Origin: Octopus bimaculoides
Taxonomy: Eukaryota
Direction: 5' to 3'
NCBI RefSeq assembly: GCF_001194135.2
Contig: NC_068997.1
Location: forward strand, 49,356,272-49,400,911
DNA: 44,640 nt
The position numbers and the translations under genes were made by a program. Below the pieces are notes generated by a model. The model saw nothing but the letters and a program-made list of their open reading frames with translations. It was not told the origin of the DNA and did not search any database. Below, one piece after another: positions 38,075 to 44,640 of the stretch (position 1 is its first letter; each line of letters starts with the position of its first letter).

Positions 38075-38599
38075 GTTTTGGAATAATGGAAAAAGTTGCC
38101 GTATTTATTGCACTTAGTTAAACATTAAAAAAAGAATATTTTTTCGTCAACTGAAGCTTTACTTGTCTCGTTTAACGTTCTAAGCAGTTGCACTCCACGG
38201 ACTTTGTCTAGACATATATATATCTTTGAAGCAATGCAAATATGATACATATTTTTAGAAATACCATTGAGACAAAACTGAAAGGAATATAAAAGTTTAT
38301 ATTTTTCAAAAGGTGAGTTTTTTCTTTATATTATTTCAAATGATAATTACTGTTTTACGAGTCATATTTCAACACATATCTCTGTTTTTATTTACAATAA
38401 ACCTTTTTTCCATGTTCACAATGTTACTGTATGTCTACACAAAGACATTATTTTAATTTGGGAAAATACATGGTATCCTTGCCTTACATATTTTCGCTCC
38501 AAACATTTCCCGGACTTCATGCTTAAATAAAATATTTTTGTTTCTATTATATGAACAATATAAAGAAATTTGTGTTAGAGGAGTACAGTTGCTTATATC

Positions 38600-38688
38600 A
38601 CCAACAATATTTGAGTGGTACTGTAAGTGTCGATTCCGGAAGGTTGAAAGGCAAAAGATTGACCTCGGTGAGATTTTAACTCAGAACA
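38600..38688 (-). mobile_element. SINE family B fragment
   Basis: gtcgattccggaaggttgaaaggcaaaagattgacctcggtgagattttaactcagaac. Confidence 0.6.
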
Positions 38689-38975
38689 TGGCCACGGTAT
38701 TGGCTGTTTGGTTGGGGTGTTTCTTTCGCGGACTCGGAGTTGTGGCTTTGGTCTCACGGCATAACAAATTGGCCAAGTGTGTCCTACCAATGTACTGAGT
38801 TGATTGACGTATTATGAGTGGTGAATATTGCGCACACACATATGTATGTATGTGTGTATGTATGTAAGTCTCTATGCGTGTGTAAACTGGTAAACCTAAG
38901 TAGTAGAGATACAAACATAGCAAATTTAATTATTTCTGATCTCATTAGATCATCTACATACACGTGCATACGCGC

Positions 38976-39016
<41 letters not shown>

Positions 39017-39328
39017 GGTATATATATATATATAATTTTTTTTATCACTACTGTGTACTCGATAGACGCTTAGTCCTGAAGCATATGTATATCGCCAAGC
39101 TAACATGGCAGTCCAGAAAAATAGGACGAATACTGCCGTTGATTAGATCCAAGAGGCCATCGCCTCTGGCTAGCTATGTGACACACGAACCTGTGTTCGA
39201 ACAGGAGAGGTCAGCCGCTTCCCCTTGCTGGTCTGGCATCTACAGACTAGTTTCGGGGTATTTGGCCCAAAGGGGGGTGGGGGACAAGCAGAGACACAAA
39301 GATACACGCACTCAGGTATACATACACA

Positions 39329-39368
<40 letters not shown>

Positions 39369-39518
39369 NNNNNNNNNNNNNNNNNNNNNNNNNNNNNNNN
39401 NNNNNNNNNNNAATCAACATATTCACATATGTATGCGTGCGTGTATAATTCATGTGTTTTGTATCAATATATTGTATACGTGTGTGTGTTTCGATGTGTA
39501 TGTGTGCGTGTGTGTATC

Positions 39519-39566
<48 letters not shown>

Positions 39567-39589
39567 AGCGTTTGTGTGTGTGTGTGATC

Positions 39590-39725
39590 AGTGTCCCGCT
39601 GATACTCCATTTCATTAAAAAGGAGATTGTAGTAACGTGAATCGAAAGAACCTCGCTCTATGGCTCACGTATTACCTGGTCCAGTAATCGAACTCACGAC
39701 CTCATGCTTTAGTTATTAAGTCACA
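39590..39725 (-). mobile_element. Degenerate tRNA-headed SINE (family D-like)
   Basis: Reverse complement contains gtcgtgagttcgattactggacc (B-box) followed by ttcacgttactaca-like central sequence. Confidence 0.45.
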
Positions 39726-40083
39726 GTCCCACATATAATCCTGAATGCTAATTGCTTTACCACAATAGTCTACTCTGCAATACGTTCCTCTAAAAATTTC
39801 GACTTTCATTTACATTTGTGTAACAGGACCACAAGTTTGCAGATTTGTCTAAAATATTATTTTAATGTCAAATAATGTCATATATAGTTAATGTCAAATA
39901 TAGTCAAATATACAAGAAATATATTTTATGATTGAAATAACTGATCTCTGTGATTGAAGTATGATAAGATTGACTAAACAGCGTTTGAAATACATTTCGT
40001 AACATATTTTCTTTCTATTTTTGCTAAGTTAGTCGTACAATATTTCAAGGTTGTTTATTGTGTAATCTTTTATCTTCTTACAG

Positions 40084-40195
40084 ACTTTAAAGATATTGAA
40101 GTTCACAACCAGCCCTACTGTCTCATCAGCGACGAAACCACCACCACTACCACCACCACAACAACAACACAACAACAGCAGCAGCAACAACAGCA
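40084..40195 (+). other. Candidate upstream coding exon of the GPCR (S/T/P/Q/N-rich)
   Basis: Acceptor ttttatcttcttacag (AG 40082-40083) and donor A|GTAAAT (GT 40196). The 112-nt exon ends in phase 1, matching the phase-1 acceptor tttcaatacag at 40410. Reads TLKILKFTTSPTVSSATKPPPLPPPQQQHNNSSSNNS. Confidence 0.35.
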
Positions 40196-40394
40196 GTAAA
40201 TATATGATAATAAAACCATAATAACAACACTAACAACAAAAGTAATTCCTCATTACTACTGAAAGTGAGAATAAGGAAAAAAAAACTATATCCGGCAGAA
40301 ACATTAAATGAGTCGTTTGCAATCGCACTTGATCGAATTTCTCGTCCACTTCTAGTATTTGCGCCATTTTGTTGCCTTAGTAATTCTATTAAAA

Positions 40395-43052
40395 ATGATT
40401 TTCAATACAGTTTCGCCCAGAATTTCTTCTGTTACCCCAGAGTCTGTGAATGCAGCCTCTACAAATGCAACACTTTTGTCCTGTATTTGGTTGGCAACCA
40501 TTCACATATGCTTTCGGCCTCAACCACGATCGAAACAATACGTTCATAAGCAATACAAGCCTTCAGATAAGTTAGATGACTTTCTTAAGCTGGCGTTACT
40601 TACTATGGCAGAATCGTCTGAGAAAAGAAAACCTATCGGAATCACGGATTTCGCGAAGATTCTCCATGCAAAAAGTGATCAAGCTAAAAGTTATGAAATG
40701 ACACGGAAACTGGCCTTTAGGACTTTATCAGCTTATATAAGTAAAAAAATCAGACGTGTTATACAGGAGGAGTATGCTGAGGAGGGAATAACTCGAAAAC
40801 CTGATCTTTATAACAGCAATGTCGATGTTTTACTTGCTTCTCCGCAGTTCCATGACAACTCCTACCAAATACGCTTTCCTTTATCTTATAGTATACTATT
40901 AAATTTTGGTTTTGACGGCAAATCTCACATACTGTTTAGTGATACACACTGGGGTGACAATGACTATTTTGAGTATTACCCGGAGTGTAAATCGACAGAA
41001 ATTTATGACCCAACGAATAACGTGTGTCGTCCTGTTATCTGTGAACCAGGTCACCAGTTTGTGCATGATTCTTGTGAAGAAATCGTAGGAAACGCACCAT
41101 CGAAAGTGGAAAAGGAATCACCCGAAAATCTTTTTCAGGAAGACATCATGAACATGGTTGTTTTAAAGGCTAATGTCACATTTTCTGACTATTTAATCGC
41201 CTTGACAGCTGACTTTAAAGAGATGATGATTGAGTCGTTGAGTAAATTACTCAACACGTCTACAAATAGGATCCAGAACTTTACCGTTCACAAATCCGAA
41301 ACACCAACCAACCCAGCCAATTTGATAATTCAAAGATTGCCTACTAAGCGCTACAGTATGTACATCGATCGCGACATTTTCTCCGAGGAATATTCATCAA
41401 CCAGCACAAGGGATACGGACAAAGAGGAGAAATTTACCATGGAGATATCATTTATTCTTATGCCACTGAATACAACCAAAGAGAGGGGTAAGAGTGTATC
41501 ATCAATAATAGAAGAAATGGACTCTCTTGTTCAAAGTAAAAGTTTCATGATAAATGTTAAGGAAACACGCGTAACAGTTGTCGGTTTGAAAAATGACTCG
41601 GATACCATAATGCCGAATATGTGGTGTATGAATGGAATTAAGAGTTATTACACAGATACTCAGTTCACTATGGTAACTCTAGAAAGTCGAGGGAAGAAAT
41701 CGGAGTTGATTTACATAAACAAAACCGATCGTTTTTACCAGAAGGGTGAGTTCGATTTGACAATATTTATCCAAAGTACAATTGGGTTTAACAAAGCTAA
41801 CGTTTCTGGTTTCGTATTCGTCTGTGACAAACCTCGTATAAGAAATAAAAAATGCGGCCGAATATCTCTGAGTAAGAAGGAGTACACTATATTCGAGAAT
41901 AAATCTGTCAGTTTTCGGCAACATATCCTTGGTATTGATGATTACCAATTTGATGAAGGCAGTTCCATAGTTATCTGTATTCCATCAACCATGAAAGTTC
42001 GCAGATCAATTGTAAAAGGCTGCGATATAGGCAATGAAGAATTAATTTTCTCACAGATTATATTAACAATTGTGTTTGGACTTTTGTCTCTGGTTGCTCT
42101 TCTCGCTGTTTTAATCACATACAGTCTCTTTTCTAAACTTCGAAATATCCCAGGAATAAATATGATGAACCTAACATTGGCATTATTTTTGGCCGATTTC
42201 ATATTTTTGGTATCTGCTTCTGTAGAGTCTGATGCTGCCTGTATTACAGTTGCAGTCTCATTACATTACCTATTCCTTGCTTCTTTCTTCTGGATGAACG
42301 TTATGTCGTACGATCTGTTTCGTACATTCGGCCATGTCAATATACTTCCGACACCGAGGCAAAAATCTAAAGTCATACCGCGTTATATCCTTTATGCTTG
42401 GGGAGCACCGCTCCTCATTGTGGCTGCTTGCCTAGCCATTGAATTTAGTCACATATCTCCTTCGGTTACTATTGGTTACGGAAAGGCGAATCCTGCGGCG
42501 ATTGTCAGAAACAAAATGATGCGGGAACCATCCAATCGATCGCTGAACAACAGCTACAGATCAATGGATACTGCACATACATCTCATCACCTTGGATGCT
42601 GGATCCAAGACCCACTGGCATCTCTGATCGCTTTCGGAATTCCTTTGATATGTATCGTACTGACTAACGTTGTGATGTTCATTAGAACCATATACTGCAT
42701 CCGGCGCAACCTCAAAACCATCAATTTACGCCTGAATCACCCAGTGTCTGGTCGGCATGACGTCATTTTATATGTGAAAATGTCCGTGGTTATGGGATTC
42801 ACTTGGGTCCTTGGATTCGCTTCGTCAGGGATCAGCAGCGGTGCTCAACCCACCGAAAGTATATGTCTACTGCTCAACATCATTGGAATTTTATTTGTGA
42901 TCTTCAACTGTTCCCAGGGAATTTTTATTTGTTCTGTATTTGTTCTAAACAAACGGGTTTTTGGCCTCTACCAATCACTCTGGGCTAAATTAATGAAAAC
43001 CATTAAACAGCGAGAAAATAGTATTTTTACTATAATCCAGAACGATAAATAA
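40395..43052 (+). CDS. Class B (7tm_2; Methuselah-like/adhesion-like) GPCR, large single coding exon; N-terminus uncertain (first ATG 40395, or splice acceptor at 40410)
   Basis: Long stop-free ORF with seven hydrophobic segments at about 42057-42947. Class B motifs: TYSLFSKLRNIPGINMMNL (TM1-TM2), C...HYLFLASFFWM (TM3), YAWGAPLLIV (TM4), GYG...CWI (ECL2), FGIP...N (TM5), LYVKMSVVMGFTW (TM6), NCSQGIFI (TM7). The ectodomain has Cys modules (CKSTEIYDPTNNVCRPVICEPGHQFVHDSC; CDKP...CGRISLSKKEY...IVIC) and nine N-x-S/T sequons. The track's start at 40359 is TTG, and an in-frame TAG lies at 40353-40355. Confidence 0.92.
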   Translation: MIFNTVSPRISSVTPESVNAASTNATLLSCIWLATIHICFRPQPRSKQYVHKQYKPSDKLDDFLKLALLTMAESSEKRKPIGITDFAKILHAKSDQAKSYEMTRKLAFRTLSAYISKKIRRVIQEEYAEEGITRKPDLYNSNVDVLLASPQFHDNSYQIRFPLSYSILLNFGFDGKSHILFSDTHWGDNDYFEYYPECKSTEIYDPTNNVCRPVICEPGHQFVHDSCEEIVGNAPSKVEKESPENLFQEDIMNMVVLKANVTFSDYLIALTADFKEMMIESLSKLLNTSTNRIQNFTVHKSETPTNPANLIIQRLPTKRYSMYIDRDIFSEEYSSTSTRDTDKEEKFTMEISFILMPLNTTKERGKSVSSIIEEMDSLVQSKSFMINVKETRVTVVGLKNDSDTIMPNMWCMNGIKSYYTDTQFTMVTLESRGKKSELIYINKTDRFYQKGEFDLTIFIQSTIGFNKANVSGFVFVCDKPRIRNKKCGRISLSKKEYTIFENKSVSFRQHILGIDDYQFDEGSSIVICIPSTMKVRRSIVKGCDIGNEELIFSQIILTIVFGLLSLVALLAVLITYSLFSKLRNIPGINMMNLTLALFLADFIFLVSASVESDAACITVAVSLHYLFLASFFWMNVMSYDLFRTFGHVNILPTPRQKSKVIPRYILYAWGAPLLIVAACLAIEFSHISPSVTIGYGKANPAAIVRNKMMREPSNRSLNNSYRSMDTAHTSHHLGCWIQDPLASLIAFGIPLICIVLTNVVMFIRTIYCIRRNLKTINLRLNHPVSGRHDVILYVKMSVVMGFTWVLGFASSGISSGAQPTESICLLLNIIGILFVIFNCSQGIFICSVFVLNKRVFGLYQSLWAKLMKTIKQRENSIFTIIQNDK

Positions 43053-43083
43053 TAAAACAGATTCTAATATTAAGTACAATAAA
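43051..43083 (+). promoter_or_regulatory. Candidate polyadenylation signals AATAAA after the GPCR stop
   Basis: AATAAA at 43051-43056 (overlapping the stop codon) and at 43078-43083. Usage is unproven; about 1.5 kb of microsatellite-free sequence follows and could be a longer 3' UTR. Confidence 0.35.
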
Positions 43084-44589
43084 CATGTAGTATTACAGTG
43101 ACATTTAGAAAACTTTCTGCCACATGAAAATTACACACTCGCTGTATTGTACAACAAACACTACACCCCACTACAGCCTATAGTAATTCTACGTTAAATT
43201 CTATAGACTAACAGAAAGTATTTTCTATTATTTGCTATAACAGAAATCGCAACCTTCACCAGTCTATCCCATTACATATACAGCTACTGTTTTTCTATAC
43301 ACTTTAATAGTAACTATAATTGTAACGTTCCTCTTTCTCGTTAACTCTAAACTATACCTTGCGCCATGACACGTCTAAATCATTTTATTAAATCTCAAAC
43401 TACGTAACTCCATCTCCCAATATCTATGCTAAAACGAATACATCACACCACCTGTATACTATATATAAGAGTGTATGCTTATTTTTCTGTAGCGCAGTAA
43501 AAGAATTCTCTTAGCTTGCACTGGTCTATTCTCCAACAGTCACTCTACCATATACCGGATTAATGTGGCTTCACGAATGGTCTTTAACATTGACCTAAGT
43601 AATATATTTCGCTATTACATACAAGATTATTATGAATTGCTATTTACTATTTATGCAATATTGTATGCATATACGTAGACATATGGCAATACACACTATA
43701 TTTATTGTCTTTCTAAAGCACCTGTTTCTCAAGAGCGAGTACATCTTTCCGTTGCCGGTGAAGCAAACAGTTTTTTCGGACTAACAGAAAATCCTTGAAG
43801 CACGTATAGATTCAGTCACTCAGAAAAAGCACTTTAATACTTCAATATCCAAAACACTGGAATTTCCCGGACGATAATATTACGAATTATAAGACTGACT
43901 GTTCCATTATAGGAATTACCTCTTCCTATGTTAATGATGTCAGAAAATACAGTCTGTTGGAGTCATTTGTAATTTTCATCAAAATATTGAAATTGCTATG
44001 TATTACGTATTTTCTGACAACCTGCTGGCTAAAGAACTTTTCATTCCGTATAATCGATTTCCGTACTCTCAAAAATAATCATATGTTTAAAATATTTTAT
44101 TCATGAATATTGAAACTCAATCGACAAATGCTGATTCACTAATACACATGAATTTTTGCATTTCATTTTTTTGGTATCTTACTCTTGATATGATACATCC
44201 CTTGTTGTTACATGCAAATAAGTTAGAACAATACATGTTCTGTACATGGTAATGACTGGACACATACATGAGGTCCTTTAAAAAAATGTTCTCAACCAAT
44301 GATATCTTGATGTACTATTGTCGCAACATCTTGCGATTTTCCACAAATATGTGACAATGTTTCCAAAATTTTTTTTTTAGTTTTCAATAATTGAAAAGTG
44401 GAACTCGGAGTTGCGTTTCAACGACACTTTCACTCTGATAATATATACACACTACTGAGGATTTATATATCGTCAGTGAAAGAATTATGAGAATATGCGT
44501 TGAAAAGGATCATATTTTAAATTATTTTTATGTTCGCTTTCTGAATATTTAGAAAAGCACAAGCAGTGGTAGTCAAAATGCGTGTGTAT

Positions 44590-44640
44590 ACATGCAAACA
44601 TACATATACATACATACATACATACATACATACATACATA
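44590..44640. repeat. (CATA)n
   Basis: Direct sequence at the window end. Confidence 0.95.

Noticed and set aside
38073-38448. Possible degenerate MITE (ATGGAAAAA / TTTTTTCCAT ends)
   Set aside because: The inverted match is only about 9-10 bp in AT-rich DNA.
40359-40394. TTG-initiated signal-peptide-like N-terminus MRHFVALVILLK
   Set aside because: The start is TTG (a bacterial-style call), and the segment overlaps a probable intron end. It is possible but unsupported.
40265-40549. Cys-rich alternative-frame ORF (FFCYPRVCECSLYKCN)
   Set aside because: It has a GTG start, overlaps the GPCR out of frame, stops early and has no recognisable domain.
44262-44520. Possible mariner TIR pair (TACATGAGGTCCTTTAAAA ... 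GAAAAGGATCATA)
   Set aside because: The partner end matches poorly.

Overview
Repeat-dense, AT-rich eukaryotic draft-scaffold DNA with many N gaps. The mix of tRNA-derived SINEs and microsatellites looks cephalopod (Octopus-like); that is inference from repeat style, not a database match. The only convincing protein-coding sequence is a 2.6-kb uninterrupted plus-strand ORF/exon near the right end (about 40395/40411-43052). It encodes a class B (7tm_2, Methuselah/adhesion-like) GPCR with a long glycosylated ectodomain, no recognisable GPS/GAIN motif and a 38-aa insertion in ECL2. Its true 5' end is unresolved, and several consensus-flanked candidate exons lie upstream. The other ~40 kb is made of four tRNA-headed SINE families, relics of non-LTR retrotransposons with restriction-like endonucleases (REL; R4/Dong-like and HERO-like), an RTE-like 3' tail, Tc1/mariner-type MITEs (one forming a long hairpin) and abundant microsatellites. 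Two SINE copies have clean target-site duplications, and one SINE family carries an internal microsatellite. Nearly all other ORFs in the supplied track are translations of microsatellites or N gaps. There are no CRISPR arrays, rRNA genes or genuine tRNA genes. I see no clear new biological system; the best leads are the unusual GPCR architecture and the microsatellite-linked retroelement ecology.
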